Part shown: in pieces, positions 20,713 to 29,578 of the stretch
Layout: each line of letters begins with the position of its first letter
Position numbering within the stretch: the first letter of the stretch is position 1
Source: Bacillota bacterium
Lineage (GTDB): Bacteria > Bacillota_I > Bacilli_A > RF39 > UBA660
Length of the DNA: 64,000 bases
Direction of reading: 5' to 3'
NCBI GenBank assembly: GCA_015059495.1
Contig: SVAI01000001.1
Coordinates: 1,154,207-1,218,206, forward strand
Notes under the pieces: model-generated
The model's database searches: none
The model's input: the letters and a program-made list of their open reading frames with translations, nothing else
Told to the model about the DNA's origin: nothing
Made by a program: the position numbers and the translations under genes

Positions 20713-21327
20713 ATGTATGGAAGACTAATATATGTTTATGGAGCAATGGGAAGTGCTAAAACAGCAGAACTTTTAATAGAAGCGTATGCACATGAAGAAA
20801 AAGGATTTAAGGTTTGTTGTATAAAACCACAAAGAGACACTAGAGATAAAACTATTAAATCTAGAGCAGGAGACCTAGAAAGAGAAGCAGACTTTTTAGT
20901 TACTCCAGATGATGATTTATTTGAGTTAATTCCAGATGATGTTGATAGTTTATTTGTTGATGAAGTTCAATTTTTAACACCAGAACAAATAGATCAATTA
21001 AGAAAATTAACTATAGATAAACAAATGACTGTTTTAACATATGGTCTTAGAGCAGATTTCCAAACAAATGGATTTCCTGGTTCCATAAGATTATTTGAGG
21101 TAGCAGATGAAATAAGAGAAAAATATTACAATTGTAAATGTCATGGAAAAGCAACATACAATGCAAGATTCCTAAATGGTGAAATAGTTGTTGAAGGTGA
21201 TCAAGTAGCTATTGAAGGAGAAGATGGAATTCAATACAATTCAGTTTGTCCAGAATGCTATTATAGATTAAGAGAAGAACAACTAAAAAAACAACAAGGT
21301 CCAGTTAGAATTAGAAAGAAAGATTAA
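20713..21327 (+). CDS. tdk: thymidine kinase
   Basis: P-loop GAMGSAKT, FVDEVQFL Walker B and a C-terminal zinc ribbon (CKCHGKA...CPECY). AGGAGG RBS before ATG 20713 (the track's 20593 start overlaps scpB and is rejected). Confidence 0.9.
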   Translation: MYGRLIYVYGAMGSAKTAELLIEAYAHEEKGFKVCCIKPQRDTRDKTIKSRAGDLEREADFLVTPDDDLFELIPDDVDSLFVDEVQFLTPEQIDQLRKLTIDKQMTVLTYGLRADFQTNGFPGSIRLFEVADEIREKYYNCKCHGKATYNARFLNGEIVVEGDQVAIEGEDGIQYNSVCPECYYRLREEQLKKQQGPVRIRKKD

Positions 21328-21345
21328 CAATAATCTTTCTTTTTA
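21317..21345 (+). terminator. hairpin terminator overlapping the tdk stop
   Basis: AGAAAGATT-AACAAT-AATCTTTCT followed by TTTT. Confidence 0.5.
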
Positions 21346-21354
21346 TGTTATAAT
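21346..21354 (+). promoter_or_regulatory. extended -10 promoter element (TGTTATAAT) for tRNA-Leu
   Basis: TGTTATAAT ends 14 nt before the tRNA 5' end. The same TATGTTATAAT string recurs upstream of several genes (3880, 22737). Confidence 0.4.
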
Positions 21355-21368
21355 GATATTGTTGATTT

Positions 21369-21455
21369 GCCCTTGTGGCGGAATTGGTAGACGCGACGGA
21401 CTCAAAATCCGTTGGTAGCAATATCGTGTCGGTTCGAGTCCGACCAGGGGCACCA
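21369..21455 (+). tRNA. tRNA-Leu (anticodon CAA)
   Basis: Hand-folded cloverleaf: acceptor GCCCTTG/CAGGGGC, D-arm GCGGAATTGGTAGACGC, anticodon stem-loop ACGGA-CTCAAAA-TCCGT, long variable arm, T-arm GTCGG-TTCGAGT-CCGAC, encoded CCA. Confidence 0.9.
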
Positions 21456-21527
21456 ATGTATAAATAACAATCAGAAATGATTGTTTTTATTTTGTTCCAT
21501 GCTATAATGAATATAGGTGTGAATGTT

Positions 21528-21950
21528 ATGAACAATTTATATGATATGCTGAATTTATCAGGCAATAAAGAAGAAATAATAAAAGAATCTATAACAAAAA
21601 CAAGATATGATTTAAGAAATATAGTAGAGGCACAAAGATGTAAAATTTATTCTTCATATCTTAGTGATTTATTAAGAGAAAAGCACTTACCTAATAAAAT
21701 TATTAAAACAGGTAGTTTTTCTAATTATGATCATCATTTTGTATTAGTTCCTAAGAGTTCAGATATATATTATTTAATAGACTTAACATATTCACAATTT
21801 AATAATAGGGAATACTTTGAAGAATTACTTGAACAAGGTTATACTGAAGTAAATGATTCAATGTTAATAATTTACTTATCCATAGTTACAGGTCAAGTAA
21901 TAAATCAAAGCATAGATGATATTTATTTTGGTAATACTAAATCAAGATAA
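21528..21950 (+). CDS. hypothetical protein
   Basis: ORF track; AGGTGTGA RBS before ATG 21528 (the track's 21477 start lies in the tRNA trailer). No motif recognised. Confidence 0.4.
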   Translation: MNNLYDMLNLSGNKEEIIKESITKTRYDLRNIVEAQRCKIYSSYLSDLLREKHLPNKIIKTGSFSNYDHHFVLVPKSSDIYYLIDLTYSQFNNREYFEELLEQGYTEVNDSMLIIYLSIVTGQVINQSIDDIYFGNTKSR

Positions 21951-21971
21951 TTGTATAAGGGAGGTTTAATT

Positions 21972-22277
21972 ATGTACATGCAATTAAGTGACAAAGTTCA
22001 AAATATTTTAGTAGAGTTAATGAATTATAACAATGAAAATCCATACCAACAACATTTACCTAGTCAAGAACTAAGCAAAAATGATGCTTATCTATTAGAA
22101 ATGGCAATTCCAGAAATAATTCCAAATATCATAGTAACTCATAGTTTAACAGATACTGAAGAAGATTTAAAACAACAAAATTTAAGACGTAATGAACTTA
22201 ATTCTATGAATATGTATCCATACTACATAGATATTAAAGTAAAAGCTAAAAAAAGAGCTAGACTACAAACAGTTTAG
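21972..22277 (+). CDS. hypothetical protein
   Basis: ORF track; AGGGAGG RBS before ATG 21972. No motif recognised. Confidence 0.4.
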   Translation: MYMQLSDKVQNILVELMNYNNENPYQQHLPSQELSKNDAYLLEMAIPEIIPNIIVTHSLTDTEEDLKQQNLRRNELNSMNMYPYYIDIKVKAKKRARLQTV

Positions 22278-22367
22278 TTTTTTTATTATACGTAAAGTAA
22301 TAATTTTTAATAATAAAACTATTGTTATTTATTTATATTACTATTATAATTCTTATAAGGTGATAAT

Positions 22368-22592
22368 ATGCAATTCTATCAATATTGGTTAGTAGTTATA
22401 GTATTTATTTTAATGTTTATATCACTATATAATATCGTTAAGATTGGTATATTTGTAAGTAGAAATAAATATCCTAAAATAGATAAGAACGATATGCTTA
22501 ATAGTAGTTTAAGAAACATGTTTATATCAATTGGATTATTAAGTGTTTGTTCTCTAGTTTATGTAATGCTAGTATTTTTTCAATATCAATAG
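22368..22592 (+). CDS. small membrane protein (2 TM)
   Basis: ORF track; AAGGTGA RBS. Two hydrophobic helices. Confidence 0.35.
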   Translation: MQFYQYWLVVIVFILMFISLYNIVKIGIFVSRNKYPKIDKNDMLNSSLRNMFISIGLLSVCSLVYVMLVFFQYQ

Positions 22593-22626
22593 ACTTAATA
22601 GTCTTTTTTTATTATAATAATTATAT

Positions 22627-22703
22627 GTTCTCGTAGCTCAGCTGGATAGAGCACCACCCTCCTAAGGTGGGTGTCATGCGTTCAAATCGCATCGAGAACA
22701 CCA
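22627..22703 (+). tRNA. tRNA-Arg (anticodon CCU)
   Basis: Hand-folded: acceptor GTTCTCG/CGAGAAC, D-arm GCTC-AGCTGGATA-GAGC, anticodon arm CCACC-CTCCTAA-GGTGG, T-arm ATGCG-TTCAAAT-CGCAT, encoded CCA. TATAAT at 22613-22618. Confidence 0.9.
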
Positions 22704-22712
22704 CTAGTTTAT

Positions 22713-22737
22713 AAATGTCTTTTAAAGACATTTTTTT
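22713..22737 (+). terminator. hairpin terminator after tRNA-Arg
   Basis: AAATGTCTTT / AAAGACATTT palindrome followed by a T-run. Immediately followed by TATGTTATAAT. Confidence 0.5.
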
Positions 22738-22765
22738 ATGTTATAATTACTTTAGGAGAGATAAT

Positions 22766-23515
22766 ATGAAAAAGATAATTCCTTTATTATTTATTATTTT
22801 TTTACTTACTGGTTGTTCATCTAAAGACAATAATGAAAACTATGATGAAGAATTAGAGCTAACATATTTAACTAAAAGAGAAATAAAATGTGATGAAATT
22901 AAGAATGCTAAACTAATGAATATGGATTTATTTGTTACTAATGATAATATTATTTATCAATATAGTTTAGATAAAACATATGGTGATTTAAATTGTAAAA
23001 ATTATGCTAGTACTACATCAAAAATAACTGGATTATATAATCGTAATCTAATAGATGAAAATAAAACAGTTTTAATAGCACCACCATCTAGTGATAAGTT
23101 ATTATATGTTGATAATTATTCTAACACATATACTCATGATGAATATTATTATGGATCAAGTTTAATAATTAGAGAAAACAATTCAATGTATTCAATGGTT
23201 AATAAAGGAGATTCTAATAAGAAAATAGATATTCAAAATCCTTTATCTAGTAATATTAAAATAAATTCTATTAATGGTAGAGTAATTAATACAGATCAAG
23301 GATACTATGTTATTAACTACAGAGTTACTAACAAGGAAGAATGTGAAAGTGATACTACTAAAGAATGTATTAAAGAAAATTATATTGAATCAAGTGAAGT
23401 ATTAAACAAGATTAAAGATAAAATATCTATAGCGTATACAAAAAATTATGATGATTATGATAATACAATATATTTTTATTATAATGGATATATTTATACT
23501 ATAAATGTATCATAA
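22766..23515 (+). CDS. lipoprotein, function unknown
   Basis: MKKIIPLLFIIFLLTGCSS lipobox. AGGAGAG RBS before ATG 22766 (the track's 22715 start lies inside the tRNA terminator). Confidence 0.6.
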   Translation: MKKIIPLLFIIFLLTGCSSKDNNENYDEELELTYLTKREIKCDEIKNAKLMNMDLFVTNDNIIYQYSLDKTYGDLNCKNYASTTSKITGLYNRNLIDENKTVLIAPPSSDKLLYVDNYSNTYTHDEYYYGSSLIIRENNSMYSMVNKGDSNKKIDIQNPLSSNIKINSINGRVINTDQGYYVINYRVTNKEECESDTTKECIKENYIESSEVLNKIKDKISIAYTKNYDDYDNTIYFYYNGYIYTINVS

Positions 23516-23524
23516 AACTATAAA

Positions 23525-23554
23525 AAAAGTTCTAATCTATAAGAACTTTTTTTA
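23525..23554 (+). terminator. rho-independent terminator
   Basis: AAAAGTTCT-N8-AGAACTTTT followed by TTTT. Confidence 0.6.
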
Positions 23555-23625
23555 TTTATTATTTCTTTTAAATTGACTAATAATATGATAAAATGATTAT
23601 GTATGATAGATTGGAGAAATGATAT

Positions 23626-24159
23626 ATGAATAAGGTTGGGAAAGTTATAAGAAATATCTTAATAGGTATTTGGTTTGTTATAGCTGTTTTTACTACTGCA
23701 TGTTTACTATCTTATAATGATTTTAAGGTATCAACATTTGGTAAAAATTCATTAATAATTATTAATGATGATGAAATGGAAGAAGCAGGTTTTAACGAAG
23801 GTGATTTATTAGTAGTTAAAAGAAATAGCGATGCTAAAATCAATGTAGGTGATAAAGTATTCTATTACAATGCCAACAAAGATAGCGACGTAAATATCTT
23901 TACTGATGAAGTACAAGAAAAAGAAGCAGTAACTAAAACTGAAACAACTTATGTTCTAAATGGTAAAAAAGTATCTGGTGATTATGTAATTGGTACATTT
24001 AATAATACTAAAGTATATCATCACTTAGGAACAGTACTTGGAATTTTAACATCTAAATGGGGATTTATGTTCCTAGTTATATTCCCAACACTATTTGGAA
24101 CTATTTATGAAGTTATAATGATCGTAGACTTAGCAAAGTCAAATAAAGAAGAAGAGTAG
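23626..24159 (+). CDS. SipW-family (ER/archaeal-type signal peptidase I) paralogue with catalytic Ser and His replaced; probable pseudo-peptidase
   Basis: Same size and topology (N- and C-terminal TM) as the two SipW copies and collinear with them. The SGSMEP box reads DDEMEE and the THR(I/V) box reads FTDEV. Confidence 0.6.
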   Translation: MNKVGKVIRNILIGIWFVIAVFTTACLLSYNDFKVSTFGKNSLIIINDDEMEEAGFNEGDLLVVKRNSDAKINVGDKVFYYNANKDSDVNIFTDEVQEKEAVTKTETTYVLNGKKVSGDYVIGTFNNTKVYHHLGTVLGILTSKWGFMFLVIFPTLFGTIYEVIMIVDLAKSNKEEE

Positions 24160-24161
24160 TT

Positions 24162-24716
24162 ATGAAGATTAAACTATTAATATGTGCTGCTATACTATGT
24201 GGCATTACTGCACTAGTAGTATCAAACACATATGCATTATTTGAAACTAATGCTAGTGCAACATCAGACTTTCAAATAGGTAAATGGGTAATTAAATTAA
24301 ATAACAAAGACATATCACTATCTAAAATAATTACGCTAGATGATTTTACTTATGTTAATTCTACTCATGTTGAAGATGGCTATTTTGCGCCAACTTCAAA
24401 AGCAGAATTTGAAATTGATATTGATGCATCAGAAACTGATACATCAGTTGAATATACACTTGATATAGATGATTCAAATATTAGAGAATATCCCAATATA
24501 GGATTTAAAATTATTGATTTAGATACTAATCAAGAAACAACAGAAGTTAATATTTCTGGAATAATGTATCTAAATGATACAAATAAAACTAAAAGATATA
24601 AAATATCATTAGAATGGAACAATGATCCAGACTATGATGAATCAGATACAAGTTTAATTGGATCTGAATTACAATGTAAATTAAGTTTAGATTTCAAACA
24701 ATATCTAGGAGAATAA
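24162..24716 (+). CDS. secreted protein with SipW-cognate (TasA/camelysin-class) signal peptide
   Basis: Signal ...ALVVSNTYALFETNASATSDFQIGKWVIKLN resembles the TasA/CalY T-[WFY]-A-x-F motif. Paralogous to 31879-32472 (shared A/GxW..K(L/V)N and (Y/F)(F/I)APTS motifs). Confidence 0.6.
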   Translation: MKIKLLICAAILCGITALVVSNTYALFETNASATSDFQIGKWVIKLNNKDISLSKIITLDDFTYVNSTHVEDGYFAPTSKAEFEIDIDASETDTSVEYTLDIDDSNIREYPNIGFKIIDLDTNQETTEVNISGIMYLNDTNKTKRYKISLEWNNDPDYDESDTSLIGSELQCKLSLDFKQYLGE

Positions 24717-24734
24717 AAAAGGAAGTGGCTTGTT

Positions 24735-25520
24735 ATGGACCAAGTAAAAAACATAACGAAAAACATAATAAATATATTATGTGTAATACTATTTATTATT
24801 TTAGCACTTGTTATATATGCTAAATTAAGAGTTACGTTTTCAAATGATATTCATGCCAATTACTTCGGCGTAAGAATATTTGAAGTAGCAAGCGGTTCAA
24901 TGGAGCCAACTTTACAAATAAATGATGTATTACTAGTTAAAGTTAATGTAGATGATTTACAAAAAGATGATATAATCGCATATAAATCAGAAGATGCTAT
25001 AATAACACACAGAATTATTATGATTAATGATAATGATTTAATAGTAAAAGGGGACGCTAATAACACAGTTGATTCTCCAATTAAAAAAGAACAAGTAATC
25101 GGAAAAGTAGTTAAGGTCTTTCCACACCTTGGTATATGGAAAAAAATATTAACAGAGCCTAAGATACTAATATTAATATTTATTACTTTATTATTATTTG
25201 ATGGAGCTCTATCTTATAATGGTAAAGATAAGAAAAATAATAAAGAAGAAATTAAAAAAGAAGAAGTAAAAGAAATAAAGCAAGAACCTAAAAAAGAAGA
25301 CATCAAAGTAGATGTTGTTCAAGAGGATAATAAAACTAAAAACAATGATGATTTATTAACTAAATCAAAGATGCTTGCAAAACAAAACATAGATGAACTA
25401 TTAAAACAAGCAGAAGAGAAAATAGAAAAAGAAGAAGAACAAGTAGAAGAAGACACAGAATATACTATCAGGTTAGATTTAAATGAAATTCAAAAGAATA
25501 TAAATAAGTCTGTTAAGTAA
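24735..25520 (+). CDS. sipW: signal peptidase I, SipW type, with about 95-aa K/E-rich C-terminal extension
   Basis: Canonical boxes ASGSMEPT, ITHRII and KGDANN. TMs at the N-terminus and about aa 145-165, then a long charged tail. Confidence 0.85.
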   Translation: MDQVKNITKNIINILCVILFIILALVIYAKLRVTFSNDIHANYFGVRIFEVASGSMEPTLQINDVLLVKVNVDDLQKDDIIAYKSEDAIITHRIIMINDNDLIVKGDANNTVDSPIKKEQVIGKVVKVFPHLGIWKKILTEPKILILIFITLLLFDGALSYNGKDKKNNKEEIKKEEVKEIKQEPKKEDIKVDVVQEDNKTKNNDDLLTKSKMLAKQNIDELLKQAEEKIEKEEEQVEEDTEYTIRLDLNEIQKNINKSVK

Positions 25521-25535
25521 AGTGGGTGATGATAA

Positions 25536-26132
25536 GTGAAAAAAATAAAAGAGTTTTTAAATAATTTTAATAAGAAAACACTTAAACGTAGTTTACTATT
25601 TTCACTTATCGTTATGTTACTTATTATTACAATCGCAGCTTTTGATTTAACCCAAGCAAGATATGAAACAGCAACAGAAGTAAGAATTGAACCTGATTTA
25701 GCTTTTTTTATCGTAGATGTTGAAAGCCAAACTGGACAAATAAAATTAGAAAGTATGCTACCATCTACAACACCATATTTATATACATTTAATGTATCTA
25801 ATTTCAAAGATACTAAAAAAGCTAATGTAGATTTAAAATATTCAATTGAAATTATAACAACAACAAATATGCCACTTAACTATAAAGTGTATAAAGGTAC
25901 AAATACTAATAGTAATAAAGTATCAAATGATTACTTTGTTACTGATGATAATGGAATGTATTATCGCCATCTAGTAATAGATGATGTATCATATTTTAAC
26001 TATAATCAAAGACAAACTGATGTATATACACTTTGGGTAGAATATCCAATTGAATACAAAGCATATCCAAAAGAATATGCAGGTATTATAGATTTAGTGG
26101 ATATAAAAATAAATGCAGAGCAGGTAGTGTAA
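25536..26132 (+). CDS. secreted protein with variant SipW-type signal (…AFDLTQARYETATEV)
   Basis: Basic N-terminus, hydrophobic core and an A-[KR]-Y motif also found in 26134 and 31879. Beta-rich mature part. GTG start with GGGTGA RBS. Confidence 0.5.
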   Translation: MKKIKEFLNNFNKKTLKRSLLFSLIVMLLIITIAAFDLTQARYETATEVRIEPDLAFFIVDVESQTGQIKLESMLPSTTPYLYTFNVSNFKDTKKANVDLKYSIEIITTTNMPLNYKVYKGTNTNSNKVSNDYFVTDDNGMYYRHLVIDDVSYFNYNQRQTDVYTLWVEYPIEYKAYPKEYAGIIDLVDIKINAEQVV

Positions 26133-26133
26133 T

Positions 26134-27048
26134 ATGAAGAGATTAAGAAAATATTTAATAGTATTAATAATACTTGTTACACCATTATTTTTATATGGAA
26201 CATATACATTTGCTAAATATGTAACTGAAAAGTTCTTTAGTTACTATACTAATTCAAAGAACTTTTATTTCACAAGTAATATCTTAAAAGAAGATAATCC
26301 ACTATACCAAATTAATAACTGGGTAGGTATTGGACAATTTACTATCAACTTTGATTTATTATCATCAAAGAATGAATATGTTCATACTGATTATGATATT
26401 ACTTATGAAGCTTCAGTTACTTGTCCTAGTGATGTAATATGTGATTTAGACAAACCAACTGGAACAATACATGCTACAACACACAGTGATACATTACAAA
26501 TAACAGTAGCACCACAAAGGCTTTACACTGAAGGCCAAAAGATAACAATTCAAATTAGAGCGAAAACAACATCACCATATGTTAAAGAACTATATGCTAA
26601 ATATGAATATGTAGTTGGTAAAACTGGTGTTACATATGAAATAGAAGATAATGCTAATTCTCCATATCTATTACTTAAAATAACAAATGCAATTAACTAT
26701 TGTACAGTAATACAAGCTTTTGGAGAACATAATTTGCGTGATGCAATAGATGTTGATAACTACATGCAATTATCACAAACTGACAAAGCAAAATGTGTAA
26801 GTCAATATGCAAACTTTGGATTTGATCCAAATATGCTATTACTTGATACAACAAGTGAAGTAATAAAAAAAGCAACTTATGGAACTAGTAATGTAAATGG
26901 AAGAAACTATGTTAATTACATGAGATTTCCTCTAGATCCTTTAAGTAGTGTTGCTATAAAATTTTATAAGAATAACCCATCTGAAAACTATACTTATCCA
27001 GGAGTATATTCATGGAGTGTAATTTGGATTAACTTCCAAGAACCATAA
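26134..27048 (+). CDS. secreted protein with variant SipW-type signal (…GTYTFAKYVTEKF)
   Basis: N-terminal signal/anchor plus T-x-A-K-Y motif. 304 aa, beta-rich. Tightly coupled to the upstream gene (TAATATG). Confidence 0.5.
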   Translation: MKRLRKYLIVLIILVTPLFLYGTYTFAKYVTEKFFSYYTNSKNFYFTSNILKEDNPLYQINNWVGIGQFTINFDLLSSKNEYVHTDYDITYEASVTCPSDVICDLDKPTGTIHATTHSDTLQITVAPQRLYTEGQKITIQIRAKTTSPYVKELYAKYEYVVGKTGVTYEIEDNANSPYLLLKITNAINYCTVIQAFGEHNLRDAIDVDNYMQLSQTDKAKCVSQYANFGFDPNMLLLDTTSEVIKKATYGTSNVNGRNYVNYMRFPLDPLSSVAIKFYKNNPSENYTYPGVYSWSVIWINFQEP

Positions 27049-27065
27049 TAAAAAGGAGTAAGGCT

Positions 27066-28040
27066 ATGGAATATAATATAATCAATACCTATATTAAGTT
27101 TATCAAAACAAAGCTAATTGATTTCTTTAGAATAGTACTTAGAAATAGATATCAAAAGTCTATAGTTGAATTATTTGTTGATAAATATATTGAAGTAAGA
27201 TATTTCAATGAAACTAATTACTATGAACAAAAAGATTTCATAAAAAGACTTAATAGTGACTTAATAGATGTTTATAGTGCTAATGTTGATGAAAAGAATT
27301 CTAATACTTTAAAAACAATAGTAGCTTTATTTGGATACTTAACATATTTGGACGATTTATGTTATATCAAAGAAGATCTTGAAGTAATTAAAACTCTATC
27401 TTTAGATAAGAATTTAAAAATAGATGATGCTCAAAACTTAGAACAAGAATTAAAAACATGGTATTACGCATTAAAAGCAAGTAAAGAAAAATTCCAAAAG
27501 TCTATTGGAACAAAAGAGTTTAATTTAACTGAAAAAAGAATATATAAAAATACTTTTGAAGTTAAATTAGAACATAATGTTAAAATATCATATTTATTTA
27601 GTGAAACAGCTATTAATAAAGCATATAACTCAGGTACAGTAAATGAAGATAAATTATTTATTACTTATATTTTAACTACATTTAATGTATTAAATAATGC
27701 TAATAATTTAGATTTCTCTAAAAAATATATTGTTGATATAGCGGAAAGTATTTTTTCAAAAGAAAAGAAAAGAGAAAGATTATTTAATATCTTAAATACT
27801 ACTTTAGCTAAAAAACATGTAAGTATTAAAATAAATTATAGTGATTATTTAGAACATAAAGAATTTATAAATAAAAAGATAAAAGAAGGTTACTCTTTCA
27901 GTGTTGTTCTAGATAAAGATGATGTAGATTTAAATGAATTAATATTATTTTCTTATGTTTATGTATATGAAGATAGTGAGTTATTTGATATAATAAGTAA
28001 TAATGAAAATAAAGTAAGCGCAAAGATTATTAAGATTTAG
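27066..28040 (+). CDS. hypothetical cytoplasmic protein
   Basis: ORF track; AAGGAG RBS. No TM or signal. No motif I can support. Confidence 0.5.
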   Translation: MEYNIINTYIKFIKTKLIDFFRIVLRNRYQKSIVELFVDKYIEVRYFNETNYYEQKDFIKRLNSDLIDVYSANVDEKNSNTLKTIVALFGYLTYLDDLCYIKEDLEVIKTLSLDKNLKIDDAQNLEQELKTWYYALKASKEKFQKSIGTKEFNLTEKRIYKNTFEVKLEHNVKISYLFSETAINKAYNSGTVNEDKLFITYILTTFNVLNNANNLDFSKKYIVDIAESIFSKEKKRERLFNILNTTLAKKHVSIKINYSDYLEHKEFINKKIKEGYSFSVVLDKDDVDLNELILFSYVYVYEDSELFDIISNNENKVSAKIIKI

Positions 28041-28051
28041 GTGGTGAAGTT

Positions 28052-29575
28052 ATGAATACATTTTTTAGATTCCTATATGAATTTTTATCACAATTATTTA
28101 ATGGTTTATTATTTGCAGTTCAAGGAATATTTAGATGCTTTAAAACTATATTCAATTTTGGTGAATATATAAGAATAGTAAATGAATATAAAAATGACTT
28201 CAATGGACCTGAATGGATATTTGTAGGACTAGCAATACTTTTAACACTTGCAGTTCTAGCAGCAATAGTATTCTTAATATACTTCATTGTAAGAAAAATA
28301 CTTAAGTTTAGAAAAACTTTAGTAGATCAAGAATCACTATTAGATGAAGTTGCACAACTTAATAATGAAGTTGCTAAACTATATAAAGAAAAAGAACAAA
28401 TATTAGCAATGAAGGTATCTAAATTAGGATTAAAGCCTGATGAATCAGATACTGAAGAAGCACCTGCTGAGGGTGATAATGTAGATCCTAATACAGAAAT
28501 TAGATTCCCTAAATTATATGATGTAGATGAAAGATATAAAGATTACAAAGTTGCAAATTATAATAATAGTTTTGAATTACCAGAACTAGTAGATTTATTT
28601 AGAAACTTTGCAGCATCTAAATTAAAACTATACTATAAACCAAATATGATAAGATTGTTTATTGCTTCCTTAGCATCTACTAAGTTAGTAATCTTACAAG
28701 GTATTTCTGGTACAGGTAAAACATCGCTTGCATATGCTTGGGGTAAATTTTTAAAACATGACTCATGTATCGCATCAGTTCAACCATCATGGAGAGATAG
28801 AACTGAGTTATTCGGATACTTTAACGAATTTACTAAACGTTTCAATGAAACAGAAGTTTTAAAAGAAATGTATGAAGCAGGTTATACTGATGATGTTTAT
28901 ACAGTAATCTTAGATGAAATGAACATCTCTCGTGTAGAATATTATTTCGCAGAAATGTTATCTATCCTAGAGATGCCAAATAAAGATGAATGGATCGTTG
29001 AAATCGTACCAAGTGCATGGAAAAACGACCCTAAACGTTTAATGGAAGGTAAATTAAAAATTCCACCAAATGTATGGTACATCGGAACAATCAACAACGA
29101 TGACTCAACATTCATGGTAACAGATAAGGTTTACGACCGTGCCATGCCAATTGATATCAACGACAAAGGTGAAGTATTTACACCAGATGAAGTTGATGCA
29201 CAAGATATTAATTACTCATATTTAGATAAGAAATTTACTGAAGCTATTCAAGCTAATCCAATACATCAAGAAAATTTAGATAAAATTGAAAGAATGGATA
29301 ACTATGTTATTCAACACTTCAGAATTGCCTTCGGTAACCGTATTGTTGCACACATGAGAAAGTTTGTACCAGTATATGTTGCCTGTGGTGGAGATGAAGT
29401 AGATGGTATTGATTACTTCATAGCACGTAAAATCTTAAGAAAATTTGAACAACTTAACATTGCTTATATTAGAGATGAAATAGATGGATTTGTTGATTTC
29501 TTAAATAAAGAATTCGGTGAAAATAAAATGCATGAATGCATTGAATATCTATTAAGATTAAAGAAGATGGCATAG
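28052..29575 (+). CDS. membrane-anchored McrB-family AAA+ GTPase-like protein
   Basis: TM at about aa 55-80, short coiled coil, then Walker A GISGTGKTS, Walker B VILDEMNISRVEYYFAEMLSILE and PPNVWYIGTINNDDSTFMVTDKVYDRAM. These are collinear with E. coli McrB DEINRAN...GEVMMLME and VYIIGLMNTADRSLAVVDYALRRRF; the NxxD motif is kept. Confidence 0.8.
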   Translation: MNTFFRFLYEFLSQLFNGLLFAVQGIFRCFKTIFNFGEYIRIVNEYKNDFNGPEWIFVGLAILLTLAVLAAIVFLIYFIVRKILKFRKTLVDQESLLDEVAQLNNEVAKLYKEKEQILAMKVSKLGLKPDESDTEEAPAEGDNVDPNTEIRFPKLYDVDERYKDYKVANYNNSFELPELVDLFRNFAASKLKLYYKPNMIRLFIASLASTKLVILQGISGTGKTSLAYAWGKFLKHDSCIASVQPSWRDRTELFGYFNEFTKRFNETEVLKEMYEAGYTDDVYTVILDEMNISRVEYYFAEMLSILEMPNKDEWIVEIVPSAWKNDPKRLMEGKLKIPPNVWYIGTINNDDSTFMVTDKVYDRAMPIDINDKGEVFTPDEVDAQDINYSYLDKKFTEAIQANPIHQENLDKIERMDNYVIQHFRIAFGNRIVAHMRKFVPVYVACGGDEVDGIDYFIARKILRKFEQLNIAYIRDEIDGFVDFLNKEFGENKMHECIEYLLRLKKMA

Positions 29576-29578
29576 TAT

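Noticed and set aside
21311-21565. 84-aa minus-strand ORF
   Set aside because: It spans the tRNA-Leu gene on the opposite strand. The open frame is explained by the tRNA and the AT-rich flanks.
27066-28040. Possible degenerate EAL-like C-terminal half in ORF 27066 (…YIVDIAESIF…IKEGYSFSVVLDKDDVDLNELILF…)
   Set aside because: Only a loose resemblance in hydrophobic pattern. The key EAL, DDFG and catalytic residues are absent, and I cannot support the fold without a profile search. Left as hypothetical.
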